A stretch of DNA of 64,000 nt from Terriglobia bacterium (lineage in GTDB: Bacteria; Acidobacteriota; Polarisedimenticolia; Polarisedimenticolales; JAIQFR01). Below the pieces are notes generated by a model. The model ran no database searches and had not been told where the DNA came from. It worked only from the letters and a program-made list of their open reading frames with translations. Of the stretch, positions 19,844 through 29,170 are shown in pieces. The stretch covers positions 1,824,001-1,888,000 of the forward strand of contig CAVVHE010000004.1 in assembly GCA_963748015.1 (NCBI GenBank). Direction: 5' to 3'. The position numbers and the translations under genes are program-made. Position 1 is the first letter of the stretch, and each line of letters begins with the position of its first letter.

Positions 19844-21028
19844 TCAGGCGAGGAACTCCCGGAGGTCGCCGCACTCTTGCGCGCCCTGGATCTTCTTGAG
19901 AGCGGTGGCCTCGATCTGCCGCACCCGCTCACGGGAAAGACCCATGACGCGTCCGATCTCCTCCAGGGTGTAGGCCATGTCGCGCCCGATTCCGAACCGC
20001 AGCCGGACGATCTCCTCTTCCCGCGAGTTCAGAACGCGGAGCGTCTCCTTGATCTTCTCCCGCAGCTCGCGATCGACCGTTCTCTCGAGCGGCGACGGGG
20101 CGTTGGGGTCGGCCACGAACCGGAGCAGCCCGGGGCTGTCCTCGTCGGACGACGAGACGTCCTCGAGCGCCTGCGGCTCCTGGACGACTCCCAGGATCTC
20201 CTCGACCTTCGCGACCGGCATCCTGAGCTTCTTCGCGATCTCCTGCGGCGTCGGCTTCCGTCCGAGGGTCTCGCCGAGCTCGCGCGACACCCTCGAGATC
20301 TTCTTGATCTTCTCGTTGACGTGCACCGGGATCCGGATCACCCGCGCCTTGTCGGCGATCGCCCGCTCGATGGCCTGCTTGATCCACCAGTAGGCGTAGG
20401 TCGAGAACTTGTTCCCGCGCTCGTACTCGAACTTCTCCACCGCCTTCATCAGCCCGATGTTCCCCTCCTGGATCAGGTCCATGAAGGAGATGCCGTGGTT
20501 CAGGTACTTCTTCGCGATGTGCACGACGAGCCGGAGGTTCGCGAGGATCAGCGCGTCGCGAGAGTGGTCGATGCGCTGCTTCTGCTCGCGCGCCTCGCGT
20601 GCGAGCGCGGAAACCCTCGGCTCCTTCTGCTCCTTCGCGAACCGCCACAGCTTGGAACAGCAGGACTCGAGCTGGTCGAGCGGCCACTCGCGCCCGCGCT
20701 TCGGCCCGCTCATGTCGCCCTCGAGGACGTGCTCGCGGCAAGTCGCCGGCAGGCGCAGGACCACGCGGGCCAGCTTCTCCCGCCCTTCCTGGAGATCGCG
20801 CGCCAGCTCGACCTCGCGGCGCTCGTCGATGAGCGGCGTCGCGCCCATCTCCCGCAGGTAGATCGGCAGGATCGCGGCCGTCGGACGATCCGTCGCCACG
20901 TCCTTCTCGGTGCGGCGCCGCCGGATGGCGCGAGCCGCTGCCTCGACCTCGGCCTGCGCCTCGGCGACCTCCTGGGGAGTCACCTCGTCGAACTCGATTG
21001 CGTCTTCCAGGATCGCCTTTCTTGCCAT
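19844..21028 (-). CDS. RNA polymerase sigma-70 family factor (RpoD/RpoS-like, probably group 2)
   Basis: IYLREMG (1.2), ANLRLVVHIAKKY, DLIQEGNIGLMKAVEKF, FSTYAYWWIKQ, TLEEIG..SRERVRQIE; no full region 1.1. Confidence 0.93.
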   Translation of the reverse strand: MARKAILEDAIEFDEVTPQEVAEAQAEVEAAARAIRRRRTEKDVATDRPTAAILPIYLREMGATPLIDERREVELARDLQEGREKLARVVLRLPATCREHVLEGDMSGPKRGREWPLDQLESCCSKLWRFAKEQKEPRVSALAREAREQKQRIDHSRDALILANLRLVVHIAKKYLNHGISFMDLIQEGNIGLMKAVEKFEYERGNKFSTYAYWWIKQAIERAIADKARVIRIPVHVNEKIKKISRVSRELGETLGRKPTPQEIAKKLRMPVAKVEEILGVVQEPQALEDVSSSDEDSPGLLRFVADPNAPSPLERTVDRELREKIKETLRVLNSREEEIVRLRFGIGRDMAYTLEEIGRVMGLSRERVRQIEATALKKIQGAQECGDLREFLA

Positions 21029-21449
21029 CGACCTTCCTGTTCCTTCCCACCCACCACCACGAGGGCGGCTTTTCGGGTCGCTCTCGAATCGAAGTCCCGC
21101 TCGTTGGAGTCGGTTCCCGGCTGCCCGATGCGGGCCGCCGGAGCTTCGGATTCTCGTTTCCCAGTAGCACAGATGAAAAATCCGCGCCAGGTGTTTCACC
21201 CAAACCGGAAATCGTCTAGAAATTCAAAATTCATTGAGAAGGCGAGGTTTTGCCCCTGGCTTCCCACCGGGCGGCGTCCGAAGGGGCTCGGAGCGGGACG
21301 GTTCAGCAGATCAAATTGGCGCAGTTAGCGCCGCGGCCCTCGATCCGTGCCTTTTTGGCCGGGTGCAGGCGGGCTCGGCGGGGCGCGCTGCCGGGCCCGG
21401 CCTCCTGTGATAACGTTCCGGCGGGTCCTTTTCGGGCAGAGGTGCACCC

Positions 21450-22349
21450 TTGCGGAACGTCCGAGTGGCCCTGGCCCAGATCGCTCCCCGGCTCGGCGAG
21501 GTCGATGCCAATCTGGTAAGCCACCTCGACGGCGCGCGCGAGGCGCGCCGCGCCGGCGCCGATCTCGTGGTCTTCCCGGAGCTTTCCCTCACCGGCTATC
21601 TCCTGCGCGACCAGGTCCCGGAGGTCGCGCTGCGGACCGGCGAGGCCCGGTTTCGGAAGCTCGAGCGGGCGTCTCGCGACATCGACGTGATGGCCGGCTT
21701 CGTCGAGGAGACGGCGGATCACCGCTACTTCAACGCGGCCGCGTACTTCAGCCGCGGCCGGCTGGTCCACGTGCATCGCAAGATCTACCTGCCGACCTAC
21801 GGGATGTTCGAGGAAGGGCGGGACTTCTCCGCGGGCGACCGGCTTCGCGCATTCGAGGCCCCGTTCGGCCGCGCGGGGATGCTGGTCTGCGAGGACTGCT
21901 GGCACCCGTCGTGCGCCTTCATCCTCGCGCAGCAGGGCATGGACGTCCTCCTCGCGGCCAGCAGCGGCCCCACGCGCGGCGCGCGCCCCGGACGGGGCAT
22001 CACGAGCGTCGAGGTGTGGCACGAGCTCCTGCGCGTCACCGCCCGCCTGCAGACGGCGTTCGTCGTGTACGTGAACCGCGTCGGCTACGAGGACGGACTG
22101 AATTTCGGAGGCGGCTCCGTGGCGATCGACCCGTTCGGGCGAGCGCTCGCGAAGCTCCCGGCGCTCGAGCCGGCGCTCGCGGTCGCGGAGCTCGACGCGA
22201 GCGTGCTGCGCCGCGCGCGCATCGCCTACCCTCTCCTCCGCGACGAGAACCTCGAGCTGGCCGCGCGGGAGATCGACCGCGTCCGCGGGCTGCGGTACGA
22301 CCTTCCCGGCGCGGACCCCGGCGAGCCCGGCGGTCCGGGGACGGCGTGA
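21450..22349 (+). CDS. Nitrilase/carbon-nitrogen hydrolase, probable glutaminase subunit of NAD synthetase
   Basis: E-K-C triad: FPELSLTGY, HRKIYLPTYGMFEE, VCEDCW; GTGA overlap with nadE. Confidence 0.88.
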   Translation: MRNVRVALAQIAPRLGEVDANLVSHLDGAREARRAGADLVVFPELSLTGYLLRDQVPEVALRTGEARFRKLERASRDIDVMAGFVEETADHRYFNAAAYFSRGRLVHVHRKIYLPTYGMFEEGRDFSAGDRLRAFEAPFGRAGMLVCEDCWHPSCAFILAQQGMDVLLAASSGPTRGARPGRGITSVEVWHELLRVTARLQTAFVVYVNRVGYEDGLNFGGGSVAIDPFGRALAKLPALEPALAVAELDASVLRRARIAYPLLRDENLELAAREIDRVRGLRYDLPGADPGEPGGPGTA

Positions 22350-23215
22350 GCCGCGCGCGGCGGAAGCCCGCGCTGGCGGGGGTTGGCGCGGCCGAGCCCG
22401 ACCTCCTCCTCGAACCCGCCCTGACGGTACGCATCCTCGCCGGCTTCATCCGGACCGAGGTCCTTCGCACCGGCAGGTCGCGTGTGGTCCTCGGCCTCTC
22501 CGGCGGGATCGACTCGGCGGTGGCCGCGTACCTCGCCGTCCGGGCCCTCGGGCCGCAAGCGGTCGTCGCGATCGTCATGCCGTACCGCTCGAGCAGCGCC
22601 GACTCGGTGAGCGACGCGGAGAGAGTCGTCGGCGCTCTCGGGATCCTCGCGGAGAAGGTGGACATCTCGCCGCTCGTGGATGGCTTCGACCGCGTGAGCG
22701 GAAAGGTCAGCCGCCTCCGGCTCGGCAACGTGATGGCGCGGGCGCGGATGATGGTCCTCTACGACCGCTCGGAGCAGTACGAGGCGCTGGTGCTCGGGAC
22801 GAGCAACAAGACCGAGCTGTTGCTGGGCTACGGGACCCTCTGGGGCGACCTGGCGTCGGCGCTCAACCCGCTGGGCGATCTCTACAAGACGCAGGTGCGG
22901 GCGATCGCGGAGTACCTCCGGGTGCCCTCGGCCATACGGAAGAAGCCCCCCTCCGCCGACCTCTGGCCGAGGCAATCGGACGAGGCCGACCTCGGGTTCT
23001 CCTACGAGCGCGTGGACCGCCTGCTCGCGCTCCTCGTGGATGCGCGCCTCGACCGCGATGCCGCGGTCGCCGCCGGATTCGATCGCGAGATGGTGGACCG
23101 GGTGGCCCGGCTCGTCGTCCGATCGCAATTCAAGCGCCGCCCGCCGATCATCGCGAAGGTCTCGACGCGCACGGTCGGCTGGGACTTCCGCTACCCCAGG
23201 GATTGGAAGAGCTGA
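22346..23215 (+). CDS. nadE: NAD+ synthetase (single-domain)
   Basis: LGLSGGIDSA, GNVMARARM, GTSNKTE..LGYGTLWGD, DLYKTQV, KPPSADL, SQFKR. Confidence 0.95.
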   Translation: MSRARRKPALAGVGAAEPDLLLEPALTVRILAGFIRTEVLRTGRSRVVLGLSGGIDSAVAAYLAVRALGPQAVVAIVMPYRSSSADSVSDAERVVGALGILAEKVDISPLVDGFDRVSGKVSRLRLGNVMARARMMVLYDRSEQYEALVLGTSNKTELLLGYGTLWGDLASALNPLGDLYKTQVRAIAEYLRVPSAIRKKPPSADLWPRQSDEADLGFSYERVDRLLALLVDARLDRDAAVAAGFDREMVDRVARLVVRSQFKRRPPIIAKVSTRTVGWDFRYPRDWKS

Positions 23216-23225
23216 TCCGCGCGGA

Positions 23226-23687
23226 TCAGGGAGCCGGCTTCGGCGCGGCAAGGGACTCCGCCATCAGCCCCTCCTTGCGCGCCAGGCCGTGGCAGACCCG
23301 GCACGCGCGCTGCGCCCAGACGAACTGGTCGAAGGACCTCTCGATCTGATCCGCCGTCGCGAACTCCCTGGCCAGGTCCACCGTCTTGTGAAACGCCTGG
23401 TCGTACTCGATCAGGCTGTCGGGCGACTTCGGGCTGTCCTCCCTGCCGAGGCGCCGGCAGCCGTCGCTCACGCGATCGAGCGCCGCGCGGGCGGCCTTGC
23501 AGTCGCCGCGGACGTACGCGAGCGTGGCGTCCACCACCGCCTTCTCGAGTGCCCCGAGGTCGTTGTGGACGGGCGCCGGCCTCGCCGCAACGGGCTCCGG
23601 ACCCGGCGGGGGCGCGGCCTTCTCCGCCGCTCCGAGCAACGCCACCGCCCCCAGGACCGCTCCCGCCAGCACCACGGCTTTCCGCAT
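23226..23687 (-). CDS. Secreted monoheme c-type cytochrome (cytochrome c'-like)
   Basis: Signal peptide, helical core, C-terminal CRVCH. Confidence 0.7.
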   Translation of the reverse strand: MRKAVVLAGAVLGAVALLGAAEKAAPPPGPEPVAARPAPVHNDLGALEKAVVDATLAYVRGDCKAARAALDRVSDGCRRLGREDSPKSPDSLIEYDQAFHKTVDLAREFATADQIERSFDQFVWAQRACRVCHGLARKEGLMAESLAAPKPAP

Positions 23688-23791
23688 CCGTCCCTCCGCG
23701 CGGCTCGCTCGCCACGGCCTCCGCACGGACCCATCGTAGCCGGACCGGGCCACCCGGTCGAACCGCCATCCCCGGGTGATAGGATTTCGCC

Positions 23792-24631
23792 GTGCCCGGA
23801 ACCTTGTACGTCGTCGCCACGCCGCTCGGCAACCTCGAGGACCTCTCGCCGCGGGCGGAGCGGGTCCTGCGCTCGGCCGCGCTCATCGCCTGCGAGGACA
23901 CGCGCCGCACCGCCAAGCTTCTGGCGCGCTTCGGGATCACCGCGAGGACGGTCTCGTGCCACCGATTCAACGAGCGCTCTCGCCTCGAGCCGGTCCTGAA
24001 GGTCGTCCGCGAAGGGGCGGACGTCGCGCTCGTCTCGGACGGCGGAACGCCGGGGGTCTCCGATCCCGGCTCGCTCCTGGTCCGCGCGGCGCGCGAGGAG
24101 GGGCTCGCGGTCTCGCCGGTGCCCGGTCCCTCGGCGATCGCGGCGCTGCTCTCCGCGAGCGGCCTCCCGGCCGACCGGTTCGTCTTCGACGGCTTCCTGC
24201 CGCCTCGCTCCGGCGAGCGGCGGCGCCGCCTCGCCCAGCTCGCGGGCGAGACGCGAACCGTCGTGATCTTCGAAGCCCCCCACCGAATCCACGAGGCCCT
24301 CCGGGACATGGCGGAGGCGCTCGGCGAGCGCCGCCTCGTGCTCGGGCGCGAGCTGACCAAGATCCACGAGACGTTCCTCGAGGGAAACGCCGCCGCGATC
24401 CTCGCCGCGCTCGGCGAAGGAGCGGTCCGCGGGGAGCTCGCCGTGGCGATCGCCGGCGCCCCCGAGGGCGGCGCTCCTCGCCCGCCCCCCGCGGCGGAGC
24501 GGCTCAGGGACACCTTCAAGGAGGCGCTCGAGGCCGCCGGCGGCGACCGGCGGGCGGCCCTCAAGGCGACCGCGAAGAAGCTGGGCGTCGGCCGCGACGA
24601 GCTGGCTCGCCGCCTCGCGGAATTCGAGTAG
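23792..24631 (+). CDS. rsmI: 16S rRNA (cytidine1402-2'-O)-methyltransferase
   Basis: LYVVATPLGNLED, ACEDTR, VSDGGTPGVSDPG, FEAPHR, RELTKIHE. Confidence 0.95.
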   Translation: MPGTLYVVATPLGNLEDLSPRAERVLRSAALIACEDTRRTAKLLARFGITARTVSCHRFNERSRLEPVLKVVREGADVALVSDGGTPGVSDPGSLLVRAAREEGLAVSPVPGPSAIAALLSASGLPADRFVFDGFLPPRSGERRRRLAQLAGETRTVVIFEAPHRIHEALRDMAEALGERRLVLGRELTKIHETFLEGNAAAILAALGEGAVRGELAVAIAGAPEGGAPRPPPAAERLRDTFKEALEAAGGDRRAALKATAKKLGVGRDELARRLAEFE

Positions 24632-24647
24632 AGGGACGGCAACCGCT

Positions 24648-25382
24648 CTAAGGCAGCACGGGCAGGCCGGGGTCGCCCGGGACCGGCGCGTCCTCGCTCG
24701 AGGCCGGTGGGGAGACCGCGCCGCCCTCTCGCCGGCGGGAGTCCTGCCGCGGGTCGTACTCGAACCGCAGACAGCACATCAGCCGGCCGCACATCCCCGA
24801 GATCTTGGCCGGATTGAGCGAGAGCCCCTGGTTCTTCGCCATCTTGATCGAGACCGGGTCGAACCCCCGGATCCAGTCGGAGCAGCAGAGGACGCGCCCG
24901 CAGAGACCGCATCCGCCGTGCATCCCGGCGTCGTCCCTCGCGCCGATCTGCCGCAGCTCGACGCGGGTGTGAAACTGGGCGGTGAGGTCCCGCACCAGGT
25001 CGCGGAAGTCGACGCGCCCCTCGGAGGTGAAGTAGAAGGTCATCTTCTTGCCGTCGAGCTGCCGCTCCACGCGGCCGAGCTTCATCGCCAGGCCGCGCTC
25101 CTCGATCCGCGCCACGCAGAAGGTCCGCGCCTCGCGCTCCTGCACGACCTTGTGGGCGTAAGCCTCCTCGTCCTCCTGCGTGGCACGCCGGAGCACGCGG
25201 GGGAACGTACGCTCGGACTCGCCCGGCCGCGGGTAGCGAAAGCCGAGCTGGGCCACGATGCCGAATTCGAGTCCGCGATCGCTTTCCGCGACGCAGGGGT
25301 CCCCGACGGAGAGCTCGAGGCCCGTAGGATCGCAGGTAGTGCAACGCCCCGCCGGCGGGAACCGGACGACGACGAGTTCCAT
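24648..25382 (-). CDS. ricT: PSP1-domain protein (RicT/YaaT family)
   Basis: FYFTSEGRVDFRDLVRDL, ELRQIGARD, CGRVLCC, KMAKNQGLSLNPAKISGMCGRLMCCL. Confidence 0.9.
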   Translation of the reverse strand: MELVVVRFPPAGRCTTCDPTGLELSVGDPCVAESDRGLEFGIVAQLGFRYPRPGESERTFPRVLRRATQEDEEAYAHKVVQEREARTFCVARIEERGLAMKLGRVERQLDGKKMTFYFTSEGRVDFRDLVRDLTAQFHTRVELRQIGARDDAGMHGGCGLCGRVLCCSDWIRGFDPVSIKMAKNQGLSLNPAKISGMCGRLMCCLRFEYDPRQDSRRREGGAVSPPASSEDAPVPGDPGLPVLP

Positions 25383-25487
25383 TGAATTCCTCTCTCCGGC
25401 CGCCCCTCCCCTCCCGGGCGGCGCCGGAACCCGAGCGCGCCCGCCAGTCGGCGGTCGCGCCCATCGAATATACCATTGCGGCGGCGC

Positions 25488-25496
25488 TGCTATACT
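25488..25496 (+). promoter_or_regulatory. Extended -10 element upstream of smpB
   Basis: TGCTATACT about 35 nt before the smpB start. Confidence 0.45.
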
Positions 25497-25530
25497 TCCC
25501 GCACTCGAAACCGACTCACCGGAGGAGAGC

Positions 25531-26010
25531 TTGGCAAGGAAAGCCAGGGATCGCGCGGATAGCCCGATCCTCGCGACGAACCGGGCCGCGTCCCACGAGT
25601 TTCACCTGCTCGAGCGGTTCGAGGCCGGGATCGTGCTCACCGGCACCGAGGTCAAGTCGGCCCGCGACGGACGCGTGAGCCTCAAGGAGTCGTACGCCAG
25701 GATCGACCACGGCGAGGCGTTCCTGCACGACGCCCACTTCAGCCCGTACGCGCAGGGAGGGCGGGACAACCCCGACCCGGTGAGGACGCGCAAGCTCCTG
25801 CTCCACGCCAAGGAGATCCGCAAGCTCGCGCGCGCGACCGAGGCCGGCGGCATGACCCTCGTCCCGACGAAGCTCTACCTCAAGGACGGGCGGATCAAGC
25901 TCGAGCTCGCCTTGGCGCGCGGGAAGAAGGACTACGACAAGCGCGAGGCGAGCCGCGGGGAGGACGCGAAGCGCGAGATGGCGCGGCTCAAGGGCCACGT
26001 CCGGGGGTGA
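25531..26010 (+). CDS. smpB: SsrA-binding protein SmpB
   Basis: NRAASHEF, EAGIVLTGTEVKS, RTRKLLLH, ARGKKDYDKRE; TTG start after GGAGGAG. Confidence 0.96.
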   Translation: MARKARDRADSPILATNRAASHEFHLLERFEAGIVLTGTEVKSARDGRVSLKESYARIDHGEAFLHDAHFSPYAQGGRDNPDPVRTRKLLLHAKEIRKLARATEAGGMTLVPTKLYLKDGRIKLELALARGKKDYDKREASRGEDAKREMARLKGHVRG

Positions 26011-26017
26011 GGCGCGC

Positions 26018-26680
26018 TCACAGGCCCGACGATGCGGGACGCTTGCGGATCAGCTGCTTGATCTCGGCGTTGTGGCCGACCCCCTCGGCCTGACAGAGCA
26101 AGGCGGCGTTCGCCCCGGCCAGGTCGGGGATCTCGAGCGGCACGGCGAGGCGGCCGTCCGAGGCGGTGGCGCCGGAGAACAGCTCGGCGGGCTTCTCGCG
26201 GCTCGTGATGAGCTTCACGGTGACGCGCGCCCCGGCGATCGGCCGCTCGGACTCGTCGCCGAGCACGCGGAGCTTGACGGTCGGATTCGTCCCCTCCTCG
26301 AGGGGCTGCCCGTCCTCGATCTCGAGCCGGATCCGCTCGTCGCCGATCGACTTCGACAGGTAGTCGGTGACGACCTCGTCGAGACTGCGGTTCGTGATGA
26401 TGTTGTAGCCGAACGGCTTCGGCCCCTCGGGGTCGAACCTGCCGCTCAGGACCTCGCGGATGACGGCCTGGTGCTGCGCCTCCATCCGGCGCTGGACCTC
26501 GACCTCCGAAACGCCGCCCGCGCTCACGAGGTCTTCGTAGGAGCCCCGCCTCGACCCTACGATCTCGCCGCCCGTGTACACGAGGCTCTCCACCATCGGG
26601 TTCTTGAGCCCCTTGTCCTCGGTCTGTACGTGGAAGACCCGGTCGTCGTACTCGACGTCGGTGTTGAATCCCGTGAGCAT
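26018..26680 (-). CDS. Conserved hypothetical protein
   Basis: MLTGFNTDVEY..VFHVQTEDKG..P.VESLVY.GG; coding-like codon bias; C-terminal Ig-like beta domain. Confidence 0.75.
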   Translation of the reverse strand: MLTGFNTDVEYDDRVFHVQTEDKGLKNPMVESLVYTGGEIVGSRRGSYEDLVSAGGVSEVEVQRRMEAQHQAVIREVLSGRFDPEGPKPFGYNIITNRSLDEVVTDYLSKSIGDERIRLEIEDGQPLEEGTNPTVKLRVLGDESERPIAGARVTVKLITSREKPAELFSGATASDGRLAVPLEIPDLAGANAALLCQAEGVGHNAEIKQLIRKRPASSGL

Positions 26681-26760
26681 AGCCCAGGTAGGTTACGCGA
26701 TCCCGCCGCGGTCGCGCAACGGCTTTTCCCGTCGCGGCCCGGCGGAGCGCCCGCGTCGCG

Positions 26761-28131
26761 TCAAAGGGGCGCCAGCTCGGCCGTGAAGTGCCGAAGGAAC
26801 TGCGCCTGCTTGACGATCCGGTAGCCGCGGAGATCGGACTTGCGGTCGCAGATGGCGCGGAGCACCTCGGCGACGTACCGGAGATGGCTGTTCGTGTAGA
26901 CCCGCCGCGGGACGGCGAGGCGCACCAGCTCCACCGGGGCGGGCTTCTCCTCGCCCGTCCGCGGATCCGTCTGGGCGAACATCAGCGAGCCGATCTCGAC
27001 GGCCCGGACGGCCCCTTCCCGGTACAGCTCGACGGTGAGCGACTGCCCCGGAAACTCGAGCGGCGGGATGTGGGGCAGGAACGCGTGGGCGTCCACGTAG
27101 ACCGCGTGCCCCCCCACGGGGCGCACGATGGGGATCCCCGCGTCGATGAGCTCCTGGCCGAAGCGCCGCACCTGCTCCACGCGGAAGGCGAGATAGCTCT
27201 CGTCGAGCACCTCCTCGAGCCCCTGCGCCACTGCCTCGAGGTCGCGCCCCGCGAGGCCGCCGTACGTCGGGAACCCCTCGATGATCACGAGCCGGTTCTT
27301 GAGCTGCTCGAACAGCTCGCGGCTCCGGAGCGCGACGAAGCCGCCGATGTTGGCGAGGCCGTCCTTCTTGGCCGACATGATGCAGCCGTCGGCGTGGGCG
27401 AACAGGTCCCTCACGATCTCCGCGACGGCGCGCCCCGCCTGGCCCACCTCCCGCTGCTTGACGAACCAGGCGTTCTCCGCGAAGCGGCACGCGTCGATCC
27501 AGAACGGCACGCCGTGCTTCTTGTAGATCTCCGCGGCCGAGCGGACGTTGGCGAGCGACACCGGCTGCCCGCCTGCGGAGTTGTTCGTGAGCGTGATCAT
27601 CCCGAGCCGGACCCGGCCGCGGTTGGCCGAGAGGGTCCTGTCGAGCGCCGCGAGATCCATGTTCCCCTTGAACGGGTGCTCGACCTCGGGCTGGAGCCCC
27701 TCTTCGATGACCAGGTCGATCCCGACCCCGCCGTTGGCCTCGACGTTGGCACGGGTCGTGTCGAAATGGGTGTTGTTCGTCACGATGTCGCCGGGCTTCA
27801 GGATCGTCGAGAACAGGAGGTTCTCTCCCATCCTCCCCTGGTGCGTCGGGATCACGTGAGGGAACCCGAAGATCTCCCGGACGGTGCGCTCGAACCGGAA
27901 GAAGCTGCGCGCGCCCGCGTACGACTCGTCGCCGGTCATGATCCCCGCCCACTGGCGGTCGGACATCGCCGACGTGCCCGAGTCGGTCAGGAGGTCGATG
28001 AAGATCGCCTCCGACGGCACGTTGAACAGGTTGTAGCCGGCTTCCCTGAGCCGCCTCTCGCGCTCGTCGCGCGGGACGAGCCGGATCGGCTCCACCGCTT
28101 TGACCCGCCAAGGTTCCGGTAGTTCGCGCAC
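26761..28131 (-). CDS. tnaA: Tryptophanase
   Basis: IDLLTDSGT, MSAKKDG (PLP Lys), EGFPTYGGL; VRAVEIG and LRHFTA match tryptophanase rather than tyrosine phenol-lyase (ERG, LRFFTA). Confidence 0.9.
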   Translation of the reverse strand: MRELPEPWRVKAVEPIRLVPRDERERRLREAGYNLFNVPSEAIFIDLLTDSGTSAMSDRQWAGIMTGDESYAGARSFFRFERTVREIFGFPHVIPTHQGRMGENLLFSTILKPGDIVTNNTHFDTTRANVEANGGVGIDLVIEEGLQPEVEHPFKGNMDLAALDRTLSANRGRVRLGMITLTNNSAGGQPVSLANVRSAAEIYKKHGVPFWIDACRFAENAWFVKQREVGQAGRAVAEIVRDLFAHADGCIMSAKKDGLANIGGFVALRSRELFEQLKNRLVIIEGFPTYGGLAGRDLEAVAQGLEEVLDESYLAFRVEQVRRFGQELIDAGIPIVRPVGGHAVYVDAHAFLPHIPPLEFPGQSLTVELYREGAVRAVEIGSLMFAQTDPRTGEEKPAPVELVRLAVPRRVYTNSHLRYVAEVLRAICDRKSDLRGYRIVKQAQFLRHFTAELAPL

Positions 28132-28258
28132 GGTAGGCCCCTCCCCCGGGCGCCGCAGACTAGCATGGCCCGGATCGGCCGCAAACCCCGCCACCCGGCT
28201 TGCGTATAATCGACCGTTGCGGCCGCCGAATCACCCGGCGGGCGGGGGGGAAGTTAGC

Positions 28259-29170
28259 ATGGAAGCAGCGGTGGCACTGCGGGGCGTGACGAAGGCCTTC
28301 GGGGACTTCCGCGCCGTGGACCGGATCGATCTCGAGGTCCCCGCCGGAGAGATCTTCGGCCTTCTGGGGCCGAACGGCGCGGGGAAGACCACGACCATAA
28401 GGATGATCATGGACATCATCCGTCCCGACTCGGGAGAGGTCCGGGTGCTCGGCGCGAAGCTCGCCGACGGCACCAAGGACCGGATCGGCTATCTCCCCGA
28501 GGAGCGAGGGCTCTACAGGAAGATGAAGATCGCCGAGATGCTGGAGTTCCAGGGGGCGATCAAGGGAATGTCCCCCGCGGCGGCCCGCAAGGCGGGGATC
28601 GAATGGCTCGAGCGCCTCGGGATCGGAGAATGGAAGGACAAGAAGGTCGAGGAGCTGTCCAAGGGAATGCAGCAGAAGGCGCAGTTCGTGGCGGCAGTGA
28701 TGGCGAAACCGGCGCTCCTGATCCTCGACGAGCCGTTCTCGGGCATGGACCCGGTGAACCAGGACCTCTTCAAGGACGTGATCCTCGAGGTCAACCGGGC
28801 GGGGACCACGATTCTCTTCTCGACGCACCAGATGGACACCGCCGAGAAGCTGTGCAAGCGGATCGCCCTCATCAATCACGGCACGGTCGCGCTGACCGGG
28901 GTGCTGAGCGAGCTGAAGGCGGGCTTCGGCAAGAACTCCGTGCTGATGGAGTTCGAGGGGGACGGGTCGTTCCTCGCGTCGCTCCCGGGGGTCGCCAGCG
29001 TGGATGACTACGGGCAGTACCAGGAGATCCGCCTCGCGACGGGCGCGGACCCGCAGGAGCTGCTGCGGGGGTCGGTGGGGAAGCTCAGGATCAGGCGGTT
29101 CGAGATCGTGTCCCCCACCCTTCACAACATCTTCATCGAGCTCGTCGGCGGGGAGCAGGCCCATGCATAA
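28259..29170 (+). CDS. ABC-2 exporter ATP-binding subunit (YhaQ/NatA-like)
   Basis: GPNGAGKTT, GYLPEERGLY, LSKGMQQK, LDEPFSG. Confidence 0.92.
   Translation: MEAAVALRGVTKAFGDFRAVDRIDLEVPAGEIFGLLGPNGAGKTTTIRMIMDIIRPDSGEVRVLGAKLADGTKDRIGYLPEERGLYRKMKIAEMLEFQGAIKGMSPAAARKAGIEWLERLGIGEWKDKKVEELSKGMQQKAQFVAAVMAKPALLILDEPFSGMDPVNQDLFKDVILEVNRAGTTILFSTHQMDTAEKLCKRIALINHGTVALTGVLSELKAGFGKNSVLMEFEGDGSFLASLPGVASVDDYGQYQEIRLATGADPQELLRGSVGKLRIRRFEIVSPTLHNIFIELVGGEQAHA

Noticed and set aside
25383..26760. tmRNA (ssrA) next to smpB
   Set aside because: No tRNA-like ends or tag reading frame; the flanks are occupied by CDS
26761..28131. Tyrosine phenol-lyase
   Set aside because: The diagnostic EIG and LRHFTA residues are those of tryptophanase
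28132..28258. tnaC leader peptide upstream of tnaA
   Set aside because: No credible Trp-containing leader ORF found; the short region is a divergent promoter (TATAAT at 28205 on +)
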